From assembly GCA_027491395.1 (NCBI GenBank), contig JAOZFI010000041.1, positions 32,001 to 96,000 on the forward strand: a DNA stretch of 64,000 nt, written 5' to 3'. The notes beneath the pieces are model-generated. The model did no database searches, was not told the origin of the DNA, and was given only the letters and a program-made list of their open reading frames with translations. This document shows, piece by piece, positions 37,416 to 46,359 of this stretch (its first letter is position 1; each line of letters begins with the position of its first letter). The position numbers were made by a program, and so were the translations under genes. This DNA comes from Thermoproteota archaeon (GTDB taxonomy: Archaea; Korarchaeota; Korarchaeia; Korarchaeales; Korarchaeaceae).

Positions 37416-38477
37416 TTACGGGATTATCTCCGTAGTGTTATCGTAGGGAGGATAATATATCTCCTCTCGCTTCACCACGCCTTCCTCTATGAGAGATCTT
37501 ATTTCACCTACTCTTGACAAGACCTCGTCTATAGTCGCTTTAGTAACGGAGCACACGTCTCTGAAACCCTTCTCACCCCAATGTCTCTCCATGTAGGTGT
37601 AGAGGCATCTCCCTCCACAGTACTTGAAGTAGCTACAGCTCGTACAGGGCTCTCCTATGATAACCTTCCTCAGAATACCGCTCCTCACATCTCCCACAAC
37701 TGCCCACTCGGAGTCAACAGCGATGGGACAAGCCACTATCCTCCCGTCTGGGAGTAGGGTGAAAGTCTCAGAACCCGCGCCACAGGGAGGGCTCCTCCAC
37801 TCACCGAAGAGGGCCACCTTGGCTATCCCTAGAAACGGGACTATTCCTGTGACCTCCCCCTGCCTCATCCTCTCAACCCACAGGGAGACCAGTCTCCTTA
37901 TTCCAGGAAGGTATGAGTTATCAGCCCATTTCCTGAAATCCCACGGCTCGGTCCATATAACATTCAATTGCCAGTGGACATGGTCAAACAAACCAAGCTT
38001 GAGCAAATGAGTTACCTCCTCGAATATATCGCTGCGATCCCAGACAGTCATCCTAGCTATTAGGTCACCGCCATACCCAAGCTCCCTTAGGCGCTTGGCC
38101 GTTTTCAACACGGTATCGTAGTTCCCCTTGCCCCGGTAGTGGTCATTAACCTCCCTTCTTCCATCTATGGAGAGAAGTATGGCATCGAATCTCAACCAAT
38201 AATCCTCCTGCAGATTATCGAAGAGTGTCCCATTGGTTTGGATTATGAAACGCCTCCTAGGCCCTAGGGCATCCATGACATTCTCGATAAGTTTGGGATT
38301 GATCAGGGGCTCTCCACCATAAAAAGCGACATCCGCATCCAAGCTCTTGACTAGGGCTATCAGATCTTTTAGCTCGTACTGCTCCTTCGGGGGAACCAGA
38401 TGTGGAGGGAAGCTCCCTCCGCAGTAGGAGCACTTCAGATTACAGAGTCCGGTTGTGGTCACTATTAGGAGCGTCAT
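37416..38477 (-). CDS. Radical SAM/SPASM protein (AF0577/TIGR04084-like)
   Basis: CNLKCSYCGGS, FYGGEP, QTNG, CGAG..CP..CTSC..YCGGRC, C-terminal NTTEIIP. Confidence 0.85.
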   Translation of the reverse strand: MTLLIVTTTGLCNLKCSYCGGSFPPHLVPPKEQYELKDLIALVKSLDADVAFYGGEPLINPKLIENVMDALGPRRRFIIQTNGTLFDNLQEDYWLRFDAILLSIDGRREVNDHYRGKGNYDTVLKTAKRLRELGYGGDLIARMTVWDRSDIFEEVTHLLKLGLFDHVHWQLNVIWTEPWDFRKWADNSYLPGIRRLVSLWVERMRQGEVTGIVPFLGIAKVALFGEWRSPPCGAGSETFTLLPDGRIVACPIAVDSEWAVVGDVRSGILRKVIIGEPCTSCSYFKYCGGRCLYTYMERHWGEKGFRDVCSVTKATIDEVLSRVGEIRSLIEEGVVKREEIYYPPYDNTTEIIP

Positions 38478-38672
38478 AATCGAACGCTCCAAGTCCTCTC
38501 CACATAACTATAAGCTTTGCTTGTTTTTCTGAGGGAAATGGGCTGATTGAATGGTGAAATGGTGTACTGCTTACTCTTTAAAAATAATTTCATTTAATAT
38601 TCATATACCCCTATTATAAATCTAATTTACCGGTTTATCACATCTTTATTTTGCTAAATTGACGAAATGAAA

Positions 38673-38690
38673 CGAAAATCTTAAATATAA
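38673..38690 (+). promoter_or_regulatory. Putative BRE/TATA promoter driving the hairpin RNA
   Basis: CGAAAATC-TTAAATATAA, TATA about 25-29 nt before the hairpin 5' end (38710). Confidence 0.55.
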
Positions 38691-38709
38691 GCTCGGGATT
38701 AATAATCAC

Positions 38710-38820
38710 GGAGGAGGAATGGGGGGGTGAGAGGATGATCCCGGGGAGGAGGATCGGGCCTTAGATCCCCTCTCGGGGTGATCCTACCCTTCCACTCCTC
38801 CTCTCTGCACCAGCATTTTT
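38710..38820 (+). ncRNA. Putative unannotated structured ncRNA or 5' leader (long bulged hairpin)
   Basis: Nested pairings GGAGGAG/CTCCTCC, TGGGGGGGT/ACCCTTCCA, AGGAT/ATCCT, ATCCCGGG/CTCGGGGT, AGG/CCT, GGATC/GATCC; G-U pairs work only on the + strand; T5 tract at 38816-38820. Confidence 0.55.
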
Positions 38821-38880
38821 GGGTAATGTGGCCGATGGAAGATTTATCAATTTCTTATCCGGCCCTTAGTAGGTGATTTC

Positions 38881-40083
38881 ATGCTGAAGGTCTCCAAATG
38901 TAACAAGCTCCCCATGGACAGGCAACCCATTGAGATTGTTGAGAGAAAGGGCAAGGGCCATCCAGATACGATCACAGACGGTATAATGGAGAGGGTAGCT
39001 TTGGAGCTGAATAAGGAGTATCTCAGGAAGTTCGGTGGTATCCTCCATTACAACGCGGATAAGTCGCTGTTGGCTGCAGGCGTTACCGAGCCACAGTTCG
39101 GTGGAGGCAAGGTAATTGAACCCATGCTGATTGTTTTCGGTGACAGAGCCACTGTCTCCTATGCGGGAGAGTCCATAGACTTAGAAAAGATCGTCGTGAA
39201 CGCAGCTAAGAGCTGGATAAGGGAGAACCTACGGTTCGTCGATCCCGACGAGCATGTCCGCTATCAGATAGAGCTAAAACAGGGGAGTGCTGAGCTGACA
39301 GACATATTCAGGCGAGGCTCCGAGATAATGGGCGCCAACGATACATCAGCAGCTGTGGGCTATGCTCCACTCTCCAGAACTGAGAGGGTGGTTTTGGAGC
39401 TGGAGAAGTATCTGAACTCCCCAGAGTTCAAGAAGGAATTCGAGGAGACCGGTGAGGATATAAAGGTCATGGGAAGCCGGCACAACAATCACTTGGATCT
39501 GACCATAGCGCTCGCTTTCGTGGACAGGTTCGTTTCCAGCGAGCCAGAGTACTTCAGGAGTAAGCAAGAGGTCTTGGACAGGATTAACTCCTTCCTGAAG
39601 GAGAGGTTCGCGAATGACTTCGATAAAATCGATGTTCACATTAACACGCTAGATGTGGAGGGCAGGGGAGTACACGGTGTGTACCTGACCGTCTTAGGCA
39701 CTTCTGCCGAGGGAGGCGATTCGGGCCAGGTCGGCAGGGGGAACGGGGTCAACGGAGTCATCCCCCTGATGAGACCTAGGAGCTCGGAGGCGGCTGCCGG
39801 GAAGAACCCCGTCAGTCATGTAGGTAAGATATACAATGCATACACACACGAAATAGCTAGAAAGATAGTTAAGGAAGTGGAAGAAGTTCAGGAAGTCTAC
39901 GTCTGGCTGCTGAGCAGGATAGGAAAACCGATAAATGAGCCAGCGCTGGCCGCGGCGGAGGTGTACACCGAGGCGAACTTTGAGGACATAAAGGGGCAGA
40001 TAGAGGAGATCATTGCGTCAGAACTCGATAACATAGGGGAGTTCGTCAACAGGCTCATAGACGGGATGGTCCCCGTCTATTGA
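38881..40083 (+). CDS. mat: Archaeal S-adenosylmethionine synthetase
   Basis: EIVERKGKGHPD, ANDTS, GEDIKVMG, GTSAE.GDSGQVGRGN, AGKNPVSHVGK. Confidence 0.96.
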   Translation: MLKVSKCNKLPMDRQPIEIVERKGKGHPDTITDGIMERVALELNKEYLRKFGGILHYNADKSLLAAGVTEPQFGGGKVIEPMLIVFGDRATVSYAGESIDLEKIVVNAAKSWIRENLRFVDPDEHVRYQIELKQGSAELTDIFRRGSEIMGANDTSAAVGYAPLSRTERVVLELEKYLNSPEFKKEFEETGEDIKVMGSRHNNHLDLTIALAFVDRFVSSEPEYFRSKQEVLDRINSFLKERFANDFDKIDVHINTLDVEGRGVHGVYLTVLGTSAEGGDSGQVGRGNGVNGVIPLMRPRSSEAAAGKNPVSHVGKIYNAYTHEIARKIVKEVEEVQEVYVWLLSRIGKPINEPALAAAEVYTEANFEDIKGQIEEIIASELDNIGEFVNRLIDGMVPVY

Positions 40084-43000
40084 CCGCTCAGCGCCAAGTA
40101 GGTGAGGTATAGAGACCTCACTCTATCCTCCACTATTTCTCTGACCTTCTCCCTCAAGTACTTGGTGTATCTCCTCCAGTCGACCCCACTCCTCTCCTCA
40201 ATCTTACTCACAGACCTCTTGATCTCAACCAAAGCATCTTTTAGAGAGCGCTTTATCCCCCACATTCTCTTCGCTACCTCTTCCAAGGAGACGGGCGAGA
40301 TCCCTAGGAAGTCCTCCACCAATGGTCTCAATTCAACTACCTTTCCCTCGGATCTCAGTCCTTGGAGCACATAGACTAGGGTCTTCTGCCCCAGCATGGT
40401 TAGATCTCTAGTAAGGGAAGCGAAGTCCCAGCATATCAGTGCGAAACCCTCGTTAACGGCTTTCTCCAACCCAGATAGATCATAACTCTGCCCTTCAAAG
40501 AATTCCTTGGCTATCGTCTGGATACCCACATCCTCACCATCGAACACGGCTATAACCCCGAGGGTCACCGCGTCGGAGATGGGCATAACCACAGCATCCA
40601 TCGTCAGGATCTTGTGGGCCCTAGACGGCTTCGGAACGAGAAACTCCCTTCCCTCTAGGATCACAGATATTCTCTGCTTCAACAGGAGATAGCCAAGCGC
40701 CCTCTCGGCGAACTTCATGGCCAGATCCCACCTCAACCCCGAGACCACTAGCTCGTAATGGGCCTGATCATCTATCAGCATCATCAACACTTCAGATAGA
40801 TCGTCTGGCTGGAACCTTTCCACGTCCTTAAGCACCGCTGACCAATCTAACTGCTCGAGAAGACCAGCTGATTCAGGTTCGTGGAGAAGCAAAATTTTCT
40901 TATCCCCGATGTTCGTTACCTCGTAGGCTATTGCATCTATGGGTATCCCCTTCGAGACCCTCATGACCAGCATTAGAGTCGCTAGGCCTATTCTCAGCCA
41001 AGTCAGGTCCTCGCCGGGATCGAGCTCGATCGATAGTCCATAGGTGTAATCCCTATAAACACCCCCGGTGGGTCCTATGACCGGGAGGGACTTGCTCTCC
41101 CTTATGAACAGGGTCTTACCATCTAGGGGGACTGGCCTAACCTTGGAGGAGGTCACCTTCCAGTAGACCCTGTTAGGGACCTTCGTTTTCACTCCGAACC
41201 CGTCGGTGGGAGGATCCACAACGCACACCACCTCACTCCCGATCCTCCCTCTGTAATAATCGTCTATCATGTCCGCTCTCTCTCCCCACTCCGCCTTGGT
41301 CCTCTCGTACTCCTCTATCACGAAGGCGAGCGGATCGAAGGAGTAGATCGTAGAGTAGTTCAGGGGCTCCTCTATTATCCCTGTTATGACCCTCCCCCTC
41401 CTGAGGAAGTCAACCACCACAGAATCGTTGCTATAGTCTATGGATCCCGGCTGAAATCTCTCGACCAAGTCGCAGTGCCCTATGTCTTCCAAGTATCGGA
41501 GATTGCCGTCCTCCCTCAGCGCTCGCTTGAACCCGTAGGGCGGCCCGAACTCATAGAAGTTGAGGTTATCCCAGACCCTCTTCCCACGCTGGGTGAGGCC
41601 TGATGGGGAAATGAGCCCTAACTCCTTTAGGAGATTTATCTCCTCCTGATCCAGTTGATCCCGGAGCCGAGGATGGACGAACTTGTAGAGCCCCTCGAAT
41701 AGTATGGAGTACTTGTTCTTCGGATTGACGAGGGCGACCTCCAGGGGGAGCTGAAGCCACTGCTCCACGGCCTCCACGCCTCTCAGAAGGAGCTCCTTGT
41801 CCCATCTGTACATGGGAAAGATCACCGTCTCCGTCCAACCCAACTCCTCTCTCCTGCCCTTCCTGCCCTCTCTCTGCTTGAATTCGCGGACACTCTCTGG
41901 CATGCCCAAGTGGACTACCCTCACCACCGTTCCGATGTCCAATCCTTGGGATAGCGTTCTGGGGCTTATCAGGACCTTGATCCCTCCCCTCCGAGCCGCT
42001 TCCTCTATCTCCTCCCTCTCCTCCTTAGAAACTAAGTGATGATGAGAGGCGACATCCTCCATTCCAAATTCCGTTTTGAGTCTCCTCTTCAGACTTTCCG
42101 CAGACCTTATGCCCCTAGTGAAGACTAGAGTGACCCCATCGTCCTCGGAGTAGTGGTATATCACCTCAGCCGGATCCATCTCGGGCTGGGGAACTTCAAT
42201 GCCAACGGATCTTAAGAGTTCAACCACTCGATATACATCCCTTTCAAACCTCTTATAATCGGCGATCGCCTCCCTCAGGTCCCCACCTATTGGAAGACTA
42301 AGGAGCTCATCCCTGTACCTCTGAACGACCTCCCAGATCCGCTCCATGTTCTTGCCCAGGACGAGGTAGACCTCGTTTCTCACCCTGAACGGTTTTCCCC
42401 TTATGATCACGGTCTCCCTAGCGTTTATCGACGTCAAACACTCAGCAAGTTCCTCTGGATTCCCCAGCGTCGCGGTGAGGATCACGAATTGGGGGGACTT
42501 CTCCACCAAGAGGGAAATTATCCTCATCATGGAGACTATGAGGGCGAGCTCCCTAGGCCCGTAGAAATCGAGCTCGTCCACCACCAGTAGGTCCATACCT
42601 CTCACGAAGTCAGATAAGTAGGATCCCTTCGTGGCCATCCTCTTTAGATCCGTCATGAAAAAAGCCGGATTCGTTATCAGGAGATCGATATTCGAGATCT
42701 TGGTCCTCAAACCGCTCCTCCCCAACTCCTTGATCAAGATGGTCCTCCTCCTCGCATCTATCACTTGGGAGCTGATGCCCAGCGCCTTGGAGTACTCCTC
42801 GAGCCTCCTTACCTGGTCGTTAGCTAATGCTAGGGTCGGGTATATGGCCAGTGCCCGCTTGCCCTTAGCGGCGTAGAAGAACCAAGCCTCCGTCTTGCCG
42901 CTACCGGTCCCGGAAATCAGGATGACGTTTTTACCCTCCTCCAGTGCCTTGAGAGCTTCGACTTGGTGCGAGTAGAGTCTCATGTCAGCGATCTCCGAGG

Positions 43001-43142
43001 GTTTACCAGGATAGGATCTAAGTGAGGGGGCTAGGTCCCCGAAGGTCAGGTCGATCCTCTCGGGTTTGATCTCTTCCTCTGAATAGGTCCTGTAGTTGTA
43101 ACCTAGGAACTCCAAGAGGGTTGAGGAGGATACGCGAGTCAA
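40077..43142 (-). CDS. SF2 helicase, SftH/Hrq1/YprA-like, with long C-terminal extension
   Basis: LYSHQ, GTGSGKT, YPTLALANDQ, DELD, TATLGNP, QREGRKGR. Confidence 0.85.
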   Translation of the reverse strand: MTRVSSSTLLEFLGYNYRTYSEEEIKPERIDLTFGDLAPSLRSYPGKPSEIADMRLYSHQVEALKALEEGKNVILISGTGSGKTEAWFFYAAKGKRALAIYPTLALANDQVRRLEEYSKALGISSQVIDARRRTILIKELGRSGLRTKISNIDLLITNPAFFMTDLKRMATKGSYLSDFVRGMDLLVVDELDFYGPRELALIVSMMRIISLLVEKSPQFVILTATLGNPEELAECLTSINARETVIIRGKPFRVRNEVYLVLGKNMERIWEVVQRYRDELLSLPIGGDLREAIADYKRFERDVYRVVELLRSVGIEVPQPEMDPAEVIYHYSEDDGVTLVFTRGIRSAESLKRRLKTEFGMEDVASHHHLVSKEEREEIEEAARRGGIKVLISPRTLSQGLDIGTVVRVVHLGMPESVREFKQREGRKGRREELGWTETVIFPMYRWDKELLLRGVEAVEQWLQLPLEVALVNPKNKYSILFEGLYKFVHPRLRDQLDQEEINLLKELGLISPSGLTQRGKRVWDNLNFYEFGPPYGFKRALREDGNLRYLEDIGHCDLVERFQPGSIDYSNDSVVVDFLRRGRVITGIIEEPLNYSTIYSFDPLAFVIEEYERTKAEWGERADMIDDYYRGRIGSEVVCVVDPPTDGFGVKTKVPNRVYWKVTSSKVRPVPLDGKTLFIRESKSLPVIGPTGGVYRDYTYGLSIELDPGEDLTWLRIGLATLMLVMRVSKGIPIDAIAYEVTNIGDKKILLLHEPESAGLLEQLDWSAVLKDVERFQPDDLSEVLMMLIDDQAHYELVVSGLRWDLAMKFAERALGYLLLKQRISVILEGREFLVPKPSRAHKILTMDAVVMPISDAVTLGVIAVFDGEDVGIQTIAKEFFEGQSYDLSGLEKAVNEGFALICWDFASLTRDLTMLGQKTLVYVLQGLRSEGKVVELRPLVEDFLGISPVSLEEVAKRMWGIKRSLKDALVEIKRSVSKIEERSGVDWRRYTKYLREKVREIVEDRVRSLYLTYLALSGQ

Positions 43143-43147
43143 GGGAT

Positions 43148-43624
43148 CTACCTTTTGGAGATCCTCACCTCTAGGATGCCATTCCTGTATGTGGCCTTTG
43201 TTCTCTTGGGATCTATCTCGATAGGAAGCTGGAACCTCTTGTGGAGATCACCGGCCCTTATGGTGATCTCCCTTCCCTTCACCCTGACCGATATGTCCTC
43301 CTTCCTTATGCCTGGTACATCGGCGACTATTATTATCTCCTCATCAAGCTCGATCACATCAATCCTCTGCTCCTCCAGCTCCAAAGGAGCACCTCCCCCC
43401 TCAACACCCTCACCACCGAGATCACCCGTGTCAGAGGGGTATCCCACATCGAACCCCCCTGAGGGGAGATCCTCGTTCCAACCAGATACATCGCCATTGA
43501 CGAATCTTGAGAGATCCTCATCCATCTTCTTGAGTAGATCTATCATGTCCTTTATGAAGTGATCGAAGGGATCGTCGTAAGGCCTCTTCTTTTTTTCGTC
43601 GCCCAAGGGATTCCCCGCCAACAA
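43148..43624 (-). CDS. hsp20: Small heat-shock protein Hsp20
   Basis: alpha-crystallin domain ADVPG..KEDI..ATYRNGILEV. Confidence 0.92.
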   Translation of the reverse strand: MLAGNPLGDEKKKRPYDDPFDHFIKDMIDLLKKMDEDLSRFVNGDVSGWNEDLPSGGFDVGYPSDTGDLGGEGVEGGGAPLELEEQRIDVIELDEEIIIVADVPGIRKEDISVRVKGREITIRAGDLHKRFQLPIEIDPKRTKATYRNGILEVRISKR

Positions 43625-43641
43625 TGAGCCGGAGGACCTAT

Positions 43642-46359
43642 TTAATCACTAACATGGGTGCCCTCATCGACGACCTCGACGGATGACACCTCTCCAGACT
43701 TGCTGACCAGTATGGAGTGGGAGGCTATGTCCCTGAACCTAGGAGAGTGCGTGACCACTATCAGCTGGGGTACATTGAGGGAGGACATGGTTTCAACTAG
43801 TGCATTGATCCTCTCCTCATCTAGGTGAATGGTCGGCTCGTCCAAGAGGAATGTCTCTACCCTCGACATCATGAGAAATCGAGCTATCGCCAGCCTTAAC
43901 GCCAAGGCGAGGGATATCTTCTCCCCACCGCTCAACCTGTCGAAAGAGAACACCGTTCTTCCTCGTTTCAGGCTTGGAGTGAAGTCATCATCCAGCGTCA
44001 CGGAGTCGTATTCGAAGTTAAATGAGCTGAATATGATGTTAAGTTCCTCCTCCACGGCGGGTCTCGCCCTGTCCCTTATCAGAGGCTGGATCCCCCTATC
44101 CCTGCTGAAGACCTCCCTGACCTTGAGGATCTTCAGCCTGAAGGCCTCTAACGACTCTTTCTTCCCCATCAACTCCCTCAATCTGGATTCCTTCTTCTTG
44201 ATAATCTCCGTCCTCTTATCTATCTCCTCAATCTTCCCCCGAATTCGGCTCCTCTTCTGAGTGAGGGAGTTAAGCTTACTCTTCAGGTAATCTATCTCTC
44301 TCTTGATTTTCTCAAGCTCTGAGAGATCGAAGGAAAGCTCTTCTATCTCTCTCTGGATGGACGAAAGTTCTCCTTCCAATTCGAGCTTCCTCTTCTCCAG
44401 TTCTTTCACCTCGGAGGCAAGTCCATCCTTCGTGGACAGGATACCTCTGAGCCTCTGTACCTCCTTCACAGCGGAAAGAGCCTCCCTGTATTTCCCCTCA
44501 ACTGACTCCAGTTGCAAGCCCAAGGACGTGAGCTTCTCTTCTAAATCCTTCTTGAGCCTCTCCAACTTTTCTCTCAATTTATCCACGTCTCTCTCACTCA
44601 GTTCTTCTCTAATTTCCTCTATCCTGATCAGCAGGGCTTCCCTTTCCGCTAGATCCCTCCTGAGGGTCTCTAGTTCGGCCCTCAACGCGCTCAGGCGAGA
44701 CACCTTCTCCCTCAGAGGGAATATCTTCTCCCTGAGTGAGGTAAACTGATCGCTGATCTCCGATATTTCCCTCTCCAAGGACTCAAGCTCATTCTTCTTG
44801 GCGATGATTCCTTCCAAGTTAAAGGAGCTCAGCCCCTTGTATTTCGATAAGATGTTTTCCTTTCTCTCCCTTATGGATCTAAGCTCCCTCTCCTTATCCA
44901 TTATCAGGGAATCTATTTCCCCTATCTCGCGCTCCAATTCGTCCTTCAGCTTCTCCACGGAACTGGGATCTAGCTTGGACCCGCAGAGGGGACATCTGTC
45001 GATATCCCCCTCCAGATCCGAAAGATACCGGAATGCCTGTTCCTTCCTCTGAAGTAATCTCGACCTCTCCTCGATGATACTACTTAATTCCTTATCCAAG
45101 TAGTCCAACTCACCCTCTAACTTGGAAAGTTCCTCGGAGAGGATCCTTTCACCCTCCTCCGGATCCTCTATCCACCTGCCAAGCAGCTCGGACAGGCTTG
45201 AGAGGGCCTCCTTAACCTCACGCCTGTGCTCCACCATCTTGCGCTCTAGCTGAGATCTCTTACTCTCTAACTGCCTGAGACGTTCCTCCATGCCGGCTAG
45301 AAGAACCTCCTCCTGCTGGAGCCTTTCAATTTCCCGGCTGAGTTTGGACACCTTCTCCCTAAGGATGCTCAAAGAGGAGACCCTCTCCTCATACTTCGCG
45401 AGTTCTCGTCGCATCCTCTCTAAACGCCTGACCTCCTCATCTAGCGGAGCGATCTCAGCCAAGAGACCCCTCACGTACTCGAGCTCCTCGTACATGGAAG
45501 CCTTGATCTCCAGATCTCTCATTCTAAGGAGCTCACGCTCCAGATCCATCAATCTCTTCTTCTTAACATCGAACTGTTTCGATACCTCGCTTAGTCTCCT
45601 CCTTAAAGACTCTTCCTTGGTCTTGAGCTCCCTATACTTGAGATTCTTTTGTTCCAAATCCTCTCTAGTTTTCTCCAGCCTCTCCATCTCCCTGTTCAGT
45701 AGTTCCTCCTCCTTTGAAGTTTTCTGGAGATCCTCAAGCAGTTCCTCCTTCTCAGATTCTAGGGATGCTCTCTCTTTGAAGACATCCCCGATACCTTTGA
45801 TCTCACTATCTACCGACTGGAGATCGGCGTCCAAGCGACTTATCACATCCCTCAGCCCCTCCCATATCCTCTCCAGCATCTCTATGCCGAGGAGCCTCCC
45901 CACCAACTCCCTCCTTCTCGAAGGAGTCTGTTCGAGGAGCTGGGCTATCTCGCCCTGCCTGACGTAGATGGCTTGGAGGAATGTCTCTCTGCTTATACCC
46001 AGCAGGGCCTCGATCTGCCTGTTCACCTTACTTTGATCCCTCTGGAGGAGTCTTCTCCCATCTGTCACATCGTGTATGGAGGCCGATGAAATCCCTCCCC
46101 TCTCCCTCTCCCTGATCAGGAGATACCTCCGGCCATCCAGCTCGAACTCGAGTTGAACCCTCATCCTACGCGCGCCGGATCTGATCAGGTTCTCATGCTT
46201 GCCCACGCTCCTAGGATACAGGGCGTAAGCTATCGCCTCCAGTATGGTCGTTTTACCCGCGCCGTTCTCCCCTATTATCGCATTTATCCCGTCCGAGAAC
46301 GTTACCTCTGTCTTCTCGTGCGAACCAAAGTTCTCCATTACTAATCGCTTTATCCTCAT
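43642..46359 (-). CDS. rad50: DNA double-strand break repair ATPase Rad50
   Basis: GENGAGKTT, QGEI, coiled coil with CPLCG zinc hook, LSGGE, LDEPT. Confidence 0.95.
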   Translation of the reverse strand: MRIKRLVMENFGSHEKTEVTFSDGINAIIGENGAGKTTILEAIAYALYPRSVGKHENLIRSGARRMRVQLEFELDGRRYLLIRERERGGISSASIHDVTDGRRLLQRDQSKVNRQIEALLGISRETFLQAIYVRQGEIAQLLEQTPSRRRELVGRLLGIEMLERIWEGLRDVISRLDADLQSVDSEIKGIGDVFKERASLESEKEELLEDLQKTSKEEELLNREMERLEKTREDLEQKNLKYRELKTKEESLRRRLSEVSKQFDVKKKRLMDLERELLRMRDLEIKASMYEELEYVRGLLAEIAPLDEEVRRLERMRRELAKYEERVSSLSILREKVSKLSREIERLQQEEVLLAGMEERLRQLESKRSQLERKMVEHRREVKEALSSLSELLGRWIEDPEEGERILSEELSKLEGELDYLDKELSSIIEERSRLLQRKEQAFRYLSDLEGDIDRCPLCGSKLDPSSVEKLKDELEREIGEIDSLIMDKERELRSIRERKENILSKYKGLSSFNLEGIIAKKNELESLEREISEISDQFTSLREKIFPLREKVSRLSALRAELETLRRDLAEREALLIRIEEIREELSERDVDKLREKLERLKKDLEEKLTSLGLQLESVEGKYREALSAVKEVQRLRGILSTKDGLASEVKELEKRKLELEGELSSIQREIEELSFDLSELEKIKREIDYLKSKLNSLTQKRSRIRGKIEEIDKRTEIIKKKESRLRELMGKKESLEAFRLKILKVREVFSRDRGIQPLIRDRARPAVEEELNIIFSSFNFEYDSVTLDDDFTPSLKRGRTVFSFDRLSGGEKISLALALRLAIARFLMMSRVETFLLDEPTIHLDEERINALVETMSSLNVPQLIVVTHSPRFRDIASHSILVSKSGEVSSVEVVDEGTHVSD

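Noticed and set aside
38440-38505. 21-codon minus-strand ORF (MWRGLGAFDYDAPNSDHNRTL) as rSAM precursor peptide
   Set aside because: Lies out of frame inside the rSAM 5' end and has no precursor-like features.
38520-38700. AT-rich stretch as a replication origin (TTCTGAGGGAAA resembles a mini-ORB)
   Set aside because: Only one weak match, no repeated ORBs and no cdc6/orc1 nearby; divergent promoters explain it.
38733-38785. SECIS element or box C/D K-turn in the hairpin (AUGA...UGA)
   Set aside because: No in-frame UGA selenoprotein nearby, no CUGA box D, and the canonical stem needed for a K-turn is mismatched; simple Watson-Crick pairing fits better.
43829-45967. Long Ser/Leu-rich antisense ORFs opposite rad50 (also opposite pspA and the coiled-coil gene)
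   Set aside because: Expected mirror of GAG/AAG/AGG-rich coiled-coil coding; no independent coding signal.
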